This document shows positions 38,501 through 53,500 of a DNA stretch of 64,000 bases, one piece after another. Positions within the stretch are counted from its first letter, which is position 1, and each line of letters begins with the position of its first letter. The DNA comes from Pavona decussata. Its lineage: Eukaryota. A program made the translations under genes and the position numbers. Location of the stretch: the NCBI GenBank assembly GCA_977016875.1, contig CDRNST010000188.1, forward strand, positions 3,410,001 through 3,474,000. The letters run 5' to 3'. The notes beneath the pieces are model-generated. The model made no database searches. It was not told where the DNA came from and saw nothing but the letters and a program-made list of their open reading frames with translations.

Positions 38501-41500
38501 TGAGGACAACAGAGGTACTTGGACTGAAATGAAAGTCTCGTGCGGCCATTGTCAGACAGGAATGCAATTCCCAGTGTTTAGAGCAACACGCGTGAGACAT
38601 GACCAGCGTAAAATGGAAAGAGCGCCGAGATTTTACTTGACGTTATAAGATATACCAACCTCAATAATTTTTAACAGCTTTTGTCCAACACCACCCCTCC
38701 CCCGCCAACAAGAACCTTTTTTACGGATTAGAGTGCACAGGTTTTTTGTTTGTTTGTTTGTTGTCTTTCGCCAAATAGCACACATCATGCACTTGAACAA
38801 GAATATTTAAATTTTCTTTCAAGAAAGATGTATTTGAAAAGCCTGATTTGTTAGTGTGACTGCAAGCTGAAGGACCTCGGACCTTGCATGAAGTTGGAAA
38901 AAAAAGGAAATGGAGTGTAGAATAGAATACATAGTATTCTAGACCTTTGACATTAAGCCTCACCTCAAAGTTGAGTTGTTCTTTAATCTTTGATCCACTG
39001 AATAACACCAGAGGAGAGTCCTTCTTTGTTAAGATGTACACCATATGCATGGCTCCAGGAATGCTCTCCTAAACAAAATAAAACAAAAAATACTATTAAC
39101 CTTGCAGATATGGCCCAGTCCAACCACTACTCGACAGTCAACCTCGGACTGAATTTTCTCTTCATTTGGGAGAGGGAAGTATTTCGATGAGATAATCAGC
39201 CATGGGCGACAAGAAAACTCGGAAACTCATCAGCGGAGGTTCGACTGAAGTCGAATTACAAAATAACTTTAAAATGACCTGCAGAAGGGTGAGCAAGAAG
39301 TTTCTCGGACAGGGTCATAAAAAAGAAAATCAAACCCCTTTCCTCTCTCACTGGGATGCTGGGAAAGAAGGTTTCAAAGGGGACAGTCAGCAGAATGGAA
39401 CGCTCCTTGGAATCTGTACCGAAGAGACCAGCACACCTCTGACTGGGCTGTAACTCAGTTGAGAGATTTCAGGTGTTGTTAAACGAGGCAAGTTTCCTGC
39501 CACTTGCAACACAACGGACGAAATTGAGCGAAATTGTGAGCAGCACCTCCTCCTCTTCCTCCTCCTCCATGACTTTATCCTGACTTTCAGTACTTATAAT
39601 ACCTCCTCACATCTTTTGTAAATAGTTCAAAACAGTGTCGGTGAAATAAACTTGGCTGGACTTGATAAGACGAAAACTTGCCCCGTGCGTGCGGGATAGT
39701 AGCCTGGCCTTCTGTTTTTCCCATTAAATGTTGTCTGCAACTTACAAGCGATGCTCTCATCAGCATTACGTTGCAAGTTGCAGAGAAAATTGCCTCCTGT
39801 AACAGGTTAAGGTTTTGAGTGGAAGTCTTATACCGGAACAAAACAATCCATCGGAAAAGATCATAACTTCAGTTCACTGCACATTCGTAGCTCTTTTGTC
39901 AATCAACCAGTTATTTTTATCTAGCCACTGAATCTGCTCAATAGTGAGTCGGAGTACACGGCACCTCCCATCAGTACCCAAGCCACGGACAACTCGCTCT
40001 ACTGGCCGAACTTTCTTGGGACAAATCCCCACTAAAAAGAACCTGTTCAAAGGCTACTCTCATCGGAGACGAACTAAGTTTGTGAAGGTATTGATATTAA
40101 AGAGGATTAATTTATCAACTGAGAGAAGAAACCAAGCAATAGTTTTTTTTTCTTCAAGATAAACGAAGTCGAACTCTCACTGCCAACACCGTTAAAGCCA
40201 TGAATAACTTTGATTTGAGAGTTAATCTAAAATGACCCAGTAAACTTAAATTAGCAGAATAGCAAGGCAAACAAACAGCCAACTCTCACAAGAAAAACAC
40301 AATTAGTAGCTGACAAAAAAATGAAACTGAGGGGGTCTTGAAATACTCAGGGTTAATTTATGTTGAATTAAATCACAAGAGGGCGGTCACGCATCAACAA
40401 CAAATGGGTGATTCAGCATGTTCAGCCAAATGTTATGGACACGAGCTTCAATCACTTCTCTACACGCTGGTACTGTATTTCAAAGCCAGAAGCTTTTTGA
40501 GCACAAACTTTGCGGCATGGCTTTAATTGATAGGAAACCAAAGTGCCGTCCCTACTGATTAAAATAGCGCGGGTTGGTGATCTATTTTTTATTTACCTAA
40601 TTTAAGCACAAGTCACGCTATTTATTTAGTAGCCTGCGTGGCAGGCGCTAGAAAGGGGAAGGGAGAGGGAAAAATTGGGCGCGCGAGAAACGCCTGCCAC
40701 GCAGGCTATTTATTTAGGTGTTCGGAGCTAAACGATCAGCCACTTGGCTAACAGAAAACCTATATGATACAGGTTAAGTAATCACGAAGCTTACGGAATC
40801 AACTGAACCCTTACAATGCACTTACAACATCAGATGCTGAACAAGGTCGGACTACACTCAGTCGGGAATGTATGTCAATACTACAATACTGTGTTTTGTC
40901 TTATCTTAAAAAGCCCTATTTCCGGCCAACAACAATAGGAACAAACTCCAACAGATCAAAGTGGAACGGATTCTGTGCGTTGAAGCATAAGTGAAGCATT
41001 CAGTTTTATTGATAGACACGATATCTTTCATTAATTTGCTAAAATTCTACCAAGACAGAAAAAAAGGTAGATACAAGGAAAGCTGATTTTGTACTGTTAC
41101 AATGGATCAATTTGCACGCTGATAACATGAATAGCTAACTGAATAAGATCAATGTAACGAATATTTCTGTTGTAAATAAAGGCGCGGTATTCTTTATTTC
41201 AAAACGAGTTGAAATAAAACTGACCAAACGTTCATTTCTATTTGATGGAACAATAAATTGTATCAGCCCAAAACTAACATTATTTTTACAAACCTGAAAG
41301 CAAACCATTGCCTCCACGATTTCTTCCAAGTGTTTTCGTTTGGTGTTCGATTTTCTTGCGTCGACGATGACAGAAAATCCCAGACTTGCGATCCCTTTCC
41401 TGCACAAAAGAAGAACAAAATGTACATCCTATTAGCAGCCGTTAAAAATCTGTGTACGACATTTGATACCTCATTGACAAATTTTCTCACATCTCTTTGT

Positions 41501-44500
41501 CATGTCAAATTTCCGGTGAAACGAGGCAAATTCACGATGCTTTGTCAATAAACACCATCACACAAACATTCCACAGACAAAATCTGACATCGTGGGAAAA
41601 ACTAGATGTTTTTCCCGCAAAAACAAACATCAAAAGTTACGGGATTTTTTGTTAATGCAAGCTTATTAGAAAGGTTAGCTGAAGCTTAATGACAGTGTTC
41701 AAAATACGAGTGTTTATTGCAAGATATCGATCCATTTAGCAGTGAAACGTAATACGAGTCATACGAGGCCATAAAGTATATTGTGATCGTTCGCGCACAT
41801 GACGTTGCTAACGCAAATAAGCTGACCACGATAAATCTGCTTTGTCGTTAGCCAGTTTGTGGTCCAAAACATCATGGGTGGCGAAATAACTGCGTTTTAG
41901 ACACGAAGATTACATTTTATAACATCACTTTTCCTCTATTTGACCATGATGAAGTTTCAAAGCTTTGGAAGCTTTAAATCGAGAAGAATATATTTAACTA
42001 CCGTGAATAATAGAAGGTTGCGTAAGTTTTAATCTTGGTTACTTAAATAAGACAACTTGTAATGCCATGTAATGTTCGTTTCCAACCTTATGAATATTTA
42101 TCGCAAAGCACATCAAACCAGGTTATATTTTTTGTTGTAACAGATACCTCTTACGTCAAGAAAACCAAGAAAAAATTCAATCTTACGCGGTCCTTGTGTT
42201 TAGCATCGTTGAAGCCGCCATCTACAGGTGTAGTAGTTTCTCGTTATCAGTAAAGTCTTAGCACAGAGTGTTATCAAACGTGATCAGTCAAATAGACGTA
42301 GCTTCACCTTGGCAATGCGGTCTGTTTACGACTGAAAGCTCCCCAGAACACAAAGAAGGAAATGCGAGACTTTTTATTGGTCTTAGCTGCATGGTGCAGG
42401 CAATACAGCACACCACAGCAGGGCTTAGATAATTATTGATTTTTTTATGTTGACATAAAATGAACAGCAACAAATCTCGAAGCCAATTTGTTTTAATCTA
42501 GGACAAACAAATTCCACAGTAGCATTGTAATTTTGACCAAAGTGACCGCTGTTTCATGACAAAAATTGAATAGTTGAAATAAAAGATAAAATTCAAGTCT
42601 AACAGCCCTGGTGTTTATTGACAGAACGCAATTGTTCTCAATGTGCGAATGAGGCGTCAAACAGAGGCAATATGGCTTCCGGGTGGTGACATTTTACAGT
42701 AGCAATTCCGCGGGCTAGTCTGACTAGGAAAGAATGAGGAGCACATAAAAGACAAACAAGGAACTATTTACACTTTATCGAAGAGAAGTTTTCCCATGCT
42801 AAAATGACTACACAGGATACCTGTGTGGTCATACGACACTTCTTTGTCGAACTGTGCCAGTAAGCCGGTTGGGTGGCCAAACCACAACCTCTGGCACACA
42901 CGATTGAGAACTAGAATGCACATCACAGCATGTCAGTATACGGTATAACAGCTCATGACAAAATTTGGTGAGTATCGACTGTTTTTAGATTATACACCAT
43001 GTGTTGCAACAACTTAGTGGGATCAATCCTCGGTGTAATTTACTAAAGGAGGTGTTGCCTCACTCTACCCTGAACATCTGGCTTCACGTGACTCGCGGAT
43101 GGTCACTTCGAACACAACCCATCAGTGGACGGCTTGGTGGCTACTGAGACTAAGAATTCCTGTCCAAACTGAGCCTTCACAGCGAGAAAGACCAAAACTT
43201 CGCTTAAAGGCCAGGCATAAATTGGATGTGATCGAGTGCAGGAAATCAATCCCAAATAAAACTATTGCGACACCAGGTTATAAGATAACTTGCAAAACAA
43301 AATATGATAAACAATGACAATTAACGTAACGAACACCGCCGCACACCCTAAGCGGGGTGCACAGAAGGCAAAGATGTTGCGACCGCCTGTATTCCAATAA
43401 TTGCAAAAAAAAAATACCACAATGTTAAGTTTAGTTTGCTTATGAAAACTACAAGAAGCAAGAATACAGACAATAATTGGCATACAAACAAAGCTTCTCA
43501 TCGATAAATATTTCAAGATCGGATATTTAAGCCTGGTACATTATTATCGACTATTCACGAAAAGGAAAGGTCAACTAAATCAGCTGATTAATAATGTTGA
43601 TCGCATGCAACACATACCTCAGACGACGGCACTGCTACAGTGCGCCTATCCTACTCAAAGCGAAATTATTTGTTCACTCTTTGGGCTTGGCGCTTGCGAA
43701 CGGCGATCAACAACTTCTGACAACTACCAAGCATTGATGCCATCAGTTCCGCTTGAGATACGGCAATAAACACAGCCAAGCCCACCAACACAAGTGACAT
43801 GTGATACAAGGATTACCTCTTATGGCGTGCAACAACGACAAAGGCAGACAATGAACCCAAGCAGGAATTGCAAGCTCTAAGTCCAGATGCTATATTTAAA
43901 AAACTTAAGGATCAGGAAAAATTCTATTAACGTTACTACTTCATAATATGCGACATCGCGTATTTAGCCCTTGTGTCAACAGCAGTGCGTGTACAGACCG
44001 TCTTCAGACCTGTAGACGGTAGACTGCAAGCAGTCCCTTTCTGGATAGTCGAGAGGTCGCGCGAAATAGCCGAGCGCGAAAGAAAAACTAAGGCGAACGA
44101 GCGGAAGGGGCTTGTAGCGCATCAGTGCCGAAGTCAAGAATTGGTAAAATTCATCCGAAGATCCAGCTCGAATGATATATTTTGGATACTTCTCTTTCTC
44201 CACTATTCATTTGAATTTGAAAAAACAAATATGTTTATAAGGTCTCGTGGTTCCCTTGAAAACCATACCCGATTTAAGATCATAAATGCATAATCAAATG
44301 GTCAAAATCTATACCCGTTTTCAGACCAAAACGGGTCGAAAACCATACCCTTTAGCGCGGCACAAACCTTATACAGCTTATATAGGGGAGTACCCCCCCC
44401 GGGATTCCAAGCCAGAATACTAAATTGTTGCATGTACTTTTTAAGAGGGCTGTTTGCCCTTTCCTCAAAAGGGCAAACGGTACATTAGATTGATTAAACA

Positions 44501-47500
44501 TGTGACATAAAAAAGCGATTTGTTTCTTTCTTTGATTATTAAGAACAGTTTCATCGCATTTGTCCGCTGATGTAAATAGCTTTATTTAACTCACGTGTTG
44601 TTCTTAGCTTTTGAGAGAGAGCGAGGCTGTGTTGAATTCGTTTAAACACGAACGTAGAGACAGGAAACTCCATTGATTTGACCTCTATGTGTTATTTTGG
44701 GTCGATTTACATTTAAAAGAAGCCAGGTGTATCTATTTGTCAAAATTTCTCCTGGGTTACAGGACCGATATTTTATCTCAGCAAAAACTTATGTGACCTT
44801 TCGAGCTAAAGTCCTGTAAGTAAGAGACATTTGACGTGAATTGTACAAGCCGATGGCTTTATGGACACGCACTTGGAAAAAGTAAGGAATAGATTGGAGT
44901 GTGTCAAAAGAAACCTTCAACGTTTATTATTGTCTAATGCCAATATCGCAGACTGATCCCTGATCACACCCCACTGATCCCATAACTTGTTACATAAATC
45001 CTGTTTGTAAAAACAGCTCTCAGTCAAACAGTGTACATTTAGAATCTGTTACTTCTTCCCAATGATTGTCGCGTACGAGAGATTCAACAGCTAACAGTTG
45101 AGGCTCCGTTTACACTTTTCCAATAGTCTCCATTTTCATTTGGCCGAAAACTTTGGATAATACTTTAGTGAACACCAGCATTTCCGCATCGCTTTCATCT
45201 GTCCTCGCTATGCGCGTTCGTTTGAAAACGAATAAAGTTTATGTATTTTTCGCGCTCTAAAATGACCGCAAAACGGCGCCACAAAGAAAAACAATGTACG
45301 TCTTCAAAACTCTCTGCTTTCCGGCTCGTCCACAGAAAAGAGGGCATGCCCTTACAGGGCAAAGCACTATTGATCAAAGAGTACTGTTTATTTTCGCGTG
45401 ATCAACAACGCCATGCATACTGTACGCTGATATCACGACACTGTAATCTTCTGCATCGTTCCTCATTTAATGTGTTTTCAAAGGTCCAATCAAATCAATA
45501 GAATTTAATAGAACGGGTAGTACTTACTTGGGGATGGTGTGGAAGTACATGAACAGTCTTGTTAATTCCATACTGGTGTAAGCAACATTCCCCCAGTCTG
45601 GTCGTGACGTGTCGATCATAAGAACAGGCCCACCTCTCAAATCTCTATTCCCTAAAACAAACAAACAAGTGCAATGAATAACTTTGTTATAATACAGACA
45701 TAACTATTACTGCCTTGGATGCATCTCTGCTTCTGAAGGACGCAAGTTTTATACAATTCCCGCCTCAGCACCGGCATCGTTTATTCCAGCTCTCCAGTTT
45801 CTTATAAGAAAATCCTTAACTAACTATAGACTCTTATTGAAACATTTCGCATCTTTACACATAATATTTATGTCAGTTTTGTAGAATACTGCACTACATA
45901 TTCTGTACCAGTGTCTTCTACCGTAACTGTAATGTGAAACCTAACATCATCGCCTTAATTTTTAGCAGGCCCAAATTTTATATATCACTTCGTAGTTTTC
46001 TTTAGGCCTCCTCGCCACTGTTTATTGTTACCATCATTATTACAATTATCATCATCATCACTATCATCGTTATTATTATTTGTGTTTTTGTCTTGTTTTT
46101 ACTTTTTGTTTTCTTTTCCTTTTTTAAGTTTGTTTGTTTTTTACAGGAATGTAACGCGGTGTTTGTCTAATGTGTGGCACAAAGAATAAATAAAAATAAA
46201 GACTTTACTAACAAGGTACTCGAGTGACGTTTTTCAGAAAGTTATTTTCCTCTACAATACATGCTGTATGATCTCGATCTTCACCATTCCCTCCGCTTGT
46301 CACACAAACGGATAAACTGACAGGAGCTCCCCTTGAGAAGATCAAAATGGAGGAAATGTTTTACTTTGTAGTTTAGAATTAGCATGTCCCCAGCTTCCAT
46401 TTTCACTTCCCCACCCCAACCCAACACGGCCTCGCCCTCCTACGGGGCGAGGTGCAGCGTCAACTTTCCCGTCTGTATTCTGTTGAAATGCCTAGGAAGC
46501 AAGTCTGGGTGTAATACAAACTACTATGAATACGGCTAGCCCTTGAGGAATAAGAATTACTGTACATTCCCAAGAGAAGATCGTTCATTCCAAAACAATC
46601 CAATAATATAAGTTTTCAGGCTCAACCATCCAATTAAACGGTCTTGCCTAATTCTTGGATTTCACGTCAACGAGGCACGGCATCGCTTTAAAGCAGGAAT
46701 GTTTCAAATTCATTTTTCTTTCATTGTTAGTTATCATTGTAATATGTAGAATAGATTATTTTGATTACTGAGATCTTTTCATTTTACCCTCCCCCCCCCC
46801 GGGCACTCCTCCACCGTGCCCTCCCCCGCCTTGATCAGGTCTTTCTATTTGCGTGTGGAAGCCATCTTATATTAAAAGTAAATGTCATCGTTGTTCACCC
46901 CGTAGTTTTAGCTAACCTGCCACAAGCTGCTGTGGTACACATTTTAAATAAGCCCCATCAGCAACAAGAGACCAAACATTCAGCTCGACAATGAACCACA
47001 AGTTGAAGAAGCAATCTGGCTTGCCAGCTATTCTCGTTCCTTCCCAATACGTTGCTCTCACGGCTAGTTGTATTTTCAACCGCTTTGCCTTCATCCTGTG
47101 TAACAGTTTGGCTGTTATGCCGCATTAGTTTTGTTTACTTGGCTTCCAATGGTTTAGTTCCGCGAGTGTAAAACCCTGAAAGTTGTTCCTAATCAACTAA
47201 CAAGTAACTCCGTCGAATTCTCTTACGCCTTTTTCAGTAACCAGAATGTTAACTTGTCTTTCGTCCCGTGAGTTTGATCGCGTGCCGATATAATCCGGGC
47301 ATTGATCGTTTGTTCCTCACGTGAGTTTCTTTGTGTTAACGTGTTCTTTTATGTTTATGTAAGTGTGTTCGATCCGACGTGTTCAACACAAATTTGGTGT
47401 TCTACCAGAGCTTTTGGCCTTAAAAGGAACTCAGCCAGTATATCAAGGTATTAAGATTTATAAGCAAAGGATTTTGTTCTCCTCGCGTGCGGTTGTTTAA

Positions 47501-50500
47501 GGGTTCTCGGATTAAAGGTCGGTCGGCAAGAGATTTTGATCATGTGTTCTTTAAACATGCGTTGGATTAGGTGTTATGTTGTCTCGCTGCTAGTTTGGTC
47601 TCGTGGTTATTGAAACGTGAGTTTGTGTGTGACCTCAGAGATGTGAATTGACTGTGTCAATTTTTATTTTGTTGTTTTATAGGTATTGCTCGTTTTCTGT
47701 TTTAACTCCTTTCTTTGTTAAGTGTAAGCTTGTTGACCCTGTTCGGTTGGCAGATATGGACCTTCCAAGTCCATATTACTCAAATGTTTGTTTCGCTTAA
47801 TCGCCGTCCGTTTCCTGTCCTGATCTTCTTCGCTTTTGTTTCATTCATTTTGGAAAATTAAGAAACCAAATAAGTTAACAGAGTGCTCCAGGATTCAGGT
47901 GCTGCAATCTGGGCAAAGCCGTGGTTTTCCTCTCTCACAGCTCTCCCGGACCAGCTTGTGCCTTCTCGCGTGTTTTACAACTTTTCAGTGCTTTTTGAAA
48001 GGAATTCAACGCGAGTCCCCGAGAAATGCTTGCGTACTCCTAGCACCTCAGTGCAGATGGGCCATGCCTTCAAGTACGCTCTCGTAGGTGTGGCTTCCTA
48101 CCAATAACTGCTAGGTCCCCAGGCGTCCCCACTCTTGCCAAGATACTCCTCCCACCCATTACCCACCCCACCCCCCACCTCCTTTGAACTGATACCTCGC
48201 GAGGCCATAACGTGAATATCATAGGGTGTTAGTGCAATAGAAACAAAATAGGATATTAAATAAAAAGAGCAGCAGTGTTACTCTAATAAATATGTTCAAA
48301 ACTAAATAAAGAATGTATTTCTGTTTCATTTGTTACCCTCATCACTCAATACAGTGAGATGCAGGACATGTCGTGTGTACATACATGAACTCCACATGAC
48401 CGGTACTACTGCCACTGTGGGATGAACATTGGAGGCCAAGTGATATCTGACCCTAATCCAGTGTATACTGAATGTTATTTACCACTAAATAAGTTTGATA
48501 AGGGGGCCAGCTGTATTATCACTGCAGACTTACCACAGAGTGACGTGAAATCAAGATCATTATTCACCTGTTATGCTATGCTTAGTTGTTTTTAGTGAAT
48601 CAGCAAATTGGACCAAATTAATTGCTCTATTAGTATTTTGGGCTCTAATTGAGAAAAGAAGATGGTGCAATGGCTCAGTGAGCCAAAAAAAACAACAACC
48701 TCACAATTTACATTTTGCTTTCATAAATTAACCAACTGTAAAAAAAAACACTCAAGAAAGCATCAATATTCAATTTCATCCATGCTTCTATACTCCGACC
48801 TTTGAACCATGATAAATTCTCTGACAAAATTTTTTGTCTCTAAATTTTCTGACGAGATCTTTGTGTGTTTACTGATTATTTTTGGCCTGTGTGAATCCCA
48901 CCTTTACCCCAAAATAAAACACTCATCTATGCCATCAGGGATGAAGTTGTTCTTTTCCTTAACATAGCATCCAATATATAAATAACCTTATATTGGCTGA
49001 ATGTGTTTTTATCACGGCACTTAAATCTGCAGTGATCATGATATATTTAGACTTCTGAATGAATGAGATTCTTTTTCTTAAAATACTCCGTGTGGCACTA
49101 GAGTGCATGATTTGGCCCAAGCAATGAAAACGGCAGCTTAACTCTTCATATCAAATAGAATCCAAAGCCAGACTGCTCCATAATGAATTTAAATTACCTC
49201 TATGTAATGTTATATCTCTGATAAGGGTGATATGGGTGTCAGCTGTAACATGTCTGCCAGCTTATTATACGGAAACTGGATGCATTAAAAGAAAAATCAT
49301 TTGTCTAATATATGACTCAATTGTTCACATAAATTGAACAAAGTCACCACTTTTTAAAACACAACAGTGAATCAGCAATTGAACAATCAAAGTTTCATGT
49401 CCTCAAGCTAGATTTCAGGGTTAATTTATTCAAATTCAAAATTTGCAACAATATCATTAATATTATTAATCATTTGTTTTGCGATGAAACCATGGAAATA
49501 ACCACACAACAAAAAAGGACAATAAAACCACAGCATTTCCTGTACTTGATCCCATAAGAAATCATAAGTCAATAAATGAGCAGAGGTGATGGCTTATTAG
49601 TGACTAAAAGTCAATATACAGTAAATATAAAAAACTTACATATATTGAAATTGTTTTTTCAGCCATTGTTTTGACACTTAAACCAGCAGAGATATATTTT
49701 TCAAGTTGTCATTCTGTGAGATTCTTTTTATTAACAAACCTATTGAAATTGACAGTCAATAAATTTGTCTATAAGAAAATGGCTGGAAAGGCCCCAATTG
49801 TGGCTTTAATATTTAGGACCAATTTAAAGTAACATACCAAAGGCATAAATACAGGTTATTGATATTTTTAAAAAATGAAGGCAAAAATATCATCAAAAAT
49901 CATCAAATGCATTACTCGCATCTTTTATGATCAAGAGTGTTTACTGAGTTTGTGTAGAGTTCTTTTCCTGTTTGTCTCCTTTCCCATCAGCACAGTTTAA
50001 AAACACTGGCTCCAGCAAAAATCATTTCCCTGATGTACTTTTTGGTACTTTTTGGCAAAAAAAAATCCCTTCTATAATCATTAAAGAAATTAAAAAATGC
50101 ACCAAGCACATTGTTGAGTTATGGTACAGGGTAATTTGTACACAAGAGAAGTTCTTAGCCCTGCAAGGAAGCATAAGCCATTGGCAAGTACTTCTTGCAC
50201 ATCTCAAGTGTTAATAAAGATTCTCAAGTACTGATATAACACAACAATGCTCAATCAACAAGGTTGTTATATTTCTTTAATAAAATGTCCTGGGATAAGT
50301 GTTTCTAAGGCTGCTGATACTCAAATTTCCCTTCCATTTATAATTTAATTCTAACAACAGATTTACTCATTTTATTTTCACTGTTTAGACTATTTCATTT
50401 ATAAAATTTTGGAAGATTTACAAGTGCACGAAATAGGCTTGTGCATAAAATATAATGGACTCAATTAAACCAATCATATTTTAATTGAACAATAAAATAA

Positions 50501-53500
50501 TTGACTTACCAGGCAGAGAAGCCACACCGCTGTGAAGCAACTCAAAGTTGACGTCAAATGCATTCAATGGCTTCTCCATAAACAGAGACTGGCGGCTAAC
50601 CTTGAAAGTTTTCTCTAAGTTGTCTTTCTCAATTGCTGTATATTGAAAATAAAAGTGAAAAGAGAATTGCAATTGTTTTGTTTGACCCATTTTGGGTGGG
50701 TATTACTAAATACAGCTTTATTTGCCTTCCCATAACTTTTTTTTTTAAATTCTTCCCATTCCTGGGTACCCACTGTGCTATCAAAGTTGCAGGTTGAATT
50801 GCTTTAGAATGAGGAAACACTTAATATTATTTAAATAAGAAGATTCTTCAGAAAATCTGAAAAACAAAAAAACTTACACAGATGCTGGCCCAAAGGGCTG
50901 AACCCATACAAAAATGTTTATTGCAGTGCAACAAAAAAAGGTTGTTATAAATTTAAACCGTTTTTCAAATGCTCTTTGTAACTGAAGAAGATGTGAGTCA
51001 CATCGAAACATATAAAACAAATTTAAAAAAAATTAAAAAAAGGAATCTGAGCCTTCGGCTGTCAAACTACAGCCTTTGATAGACGAAATGGAATAAACAA
51101 CATATCTAAAAAATATACAGAAAAGGTGAGACTAAAATAATAAAAGGAACAATGCAAAATTTAAAATAAAAGGTGTTAATTAAGTAGAACATTTTTTAAA
51201 AGGAATTAAGTATTGATCAGTAGGGGGTTGGAATTATTGTCAGCATACTTGATAGAAAATGTGTGCCAAGATTCCATTGTTTTTCGCATATGGAAAGAGC
51301 GTACAGAAAGAGCCTTTGTCAATCGTTATCATGATCTTTTTAAAAAGAAAAGTCAAATGCAAGAAAATGAACAGAAAAGAACAGCCCAGTTACTGAAATC
51401 ACTAGTTTGAATACACTTCAGGCTTCTGTACACAAACACAAAAGTTGGAGGAACACAACTAGGTTAGATAAAAGAGAGCAGCACTCACCCTTAAACTGCT
51501 TTATACTGACATTTCCAGATTCAGACATCAAGTATCTCCAAGGTCGTCTCTCCAATCCTCTCTTGGTGTTCACAATGCAGTTCAGAAATAAAAACCGTCC
51601 TTGCATCTCAATTCTCATCTTATCAGACCAGTCTTTCTTCCACATCACTGGAAAATCTTCTGCCTCTAAAGGCAGGGACCGAATGTTGCCAGCATCATGA
51701 TATTTCACAATAAGGTGGCCAGGAACTGCACAACTTGTATTAATATAGAAATCTCCTTTGTGAAGCCTGCTGTCAAGCTTTGTAAAGTGAACAATACTAT
51801 TGACAAATTTCTTGTAATAAGGAACCCAGGCATCATCAGGTTTGTCAGTACCAGAGAAGAAATTCTGAAAAGCAAAAATAATAATAATAATAATAATAAC
51901 AATAATAATAATAATAATAATAATAACAATAAGGTTTTTATGGCCCATTTAAAAAATCTCAATGCACTAACAATACTGATCGTAAAATCGTGGTAAAACT
52001 GCAAAAATAAATTAAGTGGATTAAAACTAAATTAAACAATGAAATAAGTAATATAAGTAGGTAGATAAATAGATAAGTAGCTAACTAGTAGGTAGATAGA
52101 TAGGTAACTAAGGCAAAAATATAACTCATGCATGATATGCATATAATATGTATTATTTTAAAAAGAACCATTTCAAGGCTAGACTTGAGAACTGAGAGAG
52201 TCTCAGAATATTACGTGAGTTCCAAATTTTTTAGAGGCATAAAAGGAGAAAGCATGTTCCCTGTAAGTTACTGTCTTGATTGCTGGAACTTGAAGTAGAC
52301 AAAGACTAGATGAGCACAGCATACAGCTTGGTTGATATGTAGTAATTTAAAGAAAGGCCAGATAGCTAGGAGCTTGTTCATTAAGAATTTTATAAGTTAA
52401 GAGCAGTACTTTAAAAACAATGGCTGCTTCGACTGGAAGCCAGTGAAGATCTCACAAGACTGGAGTTATATGGTCAGATTGTCTTGTCCCCGAGACCAGG
52501 CGTGCTGCAGAATTCTGAATGCCTTGAAGCTTGTCAGTCACACACCTAGGTAAGCCACAGTATTGACTATCACAGTAATCCAAACATGCAACAACAGATG
52601 CATTAATCAGCATTTTCAGGTCGTCTCTAGACAGGTACTTCCTCACATGAGGAATTGATCACAGCAACAATGTAACTCTCTTGCATGTTGAAGTGATGTG
52701 GTGGCTAAGATTGAATTCCTTATCCATTATAACACCAAGGTTACATACTCAGTTCACTAGATGTATAGTGCTATCACCAAGCAAAAATTACCAAAGATCG
52801 GATTCCTAGCAAAGCAATCACTAAATAAATCTAAATTCCAGTTAATTCAGGCCAACTTAAGTTTCAAATTAGTCTTACTTCTCATTATTGTTGCAGTTTT
52901 CATTCGTTCTGTGGATCCACCAAATCATTTTTGTTCTCTTTAAATGTAGTAAATTTAGCATCTTTGCTGATGTACTTGTCATTAAAGGAAGTGACACTGT
53001 TATGAGGTATCTGGTGGGATTGTTTGGGTGAAGCAATGGACCCACCAAAATGAGCAGAGGATAGACTCCTATGCTGACTGTTAATATTGACACATAAGTG
53101 TGAAGTCATAGTATCAAACACAAGGAAGAGTACTTCATCCAACTTCTAAACACCAACAAGAGGGTTGAAAAAATAAGGTGCACCGAAGTTTTTATATTAA
53201 CCAGGTTTGAGTTGTTTGGAAACTGAAACACTTTTACGAGCGAGTGATATAACTTCTCAAAACACCAATAAAAGAGCAAAAGTTCACCAAATTTTAGGAC
53301 AATTAAGATCAGATTTCCAAACCTCCTTCACAGTAGTAATTTCCCTTTTTCTCATGAATTATTAATAAGTTTATCCTGAAGGAAAACAGGAAAGCCGTGA
53401 AACCACTGATCAGTTCCTTTGCAGGCTTGGGTTGTTAGCTGTGATTCAGGGGGATGACTGAATTGAAAACCAAGTGACAAACGAGTGTTATTAAAGCCAC

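Noticed and set aside
42990-43200. GC-richer segment as a structured RNA or HDV-like ribozyme
   Set aside because: I could not build the nested double pseudoknot; only a weak hairpin is present.
51697-52004. Poly-Asn / poly-Leu / poly-Ile ORFs
   Set aside because: Translations of the (AAT)n LINE tail.
52875-53142. 80-aa ORF with a nearby GTAAGA donor as an extra RhoGEF exon
   Set aside because: The ORF stops before the donor, begins inside an interspersed repeat, and would interrupt the N-terminal domain.
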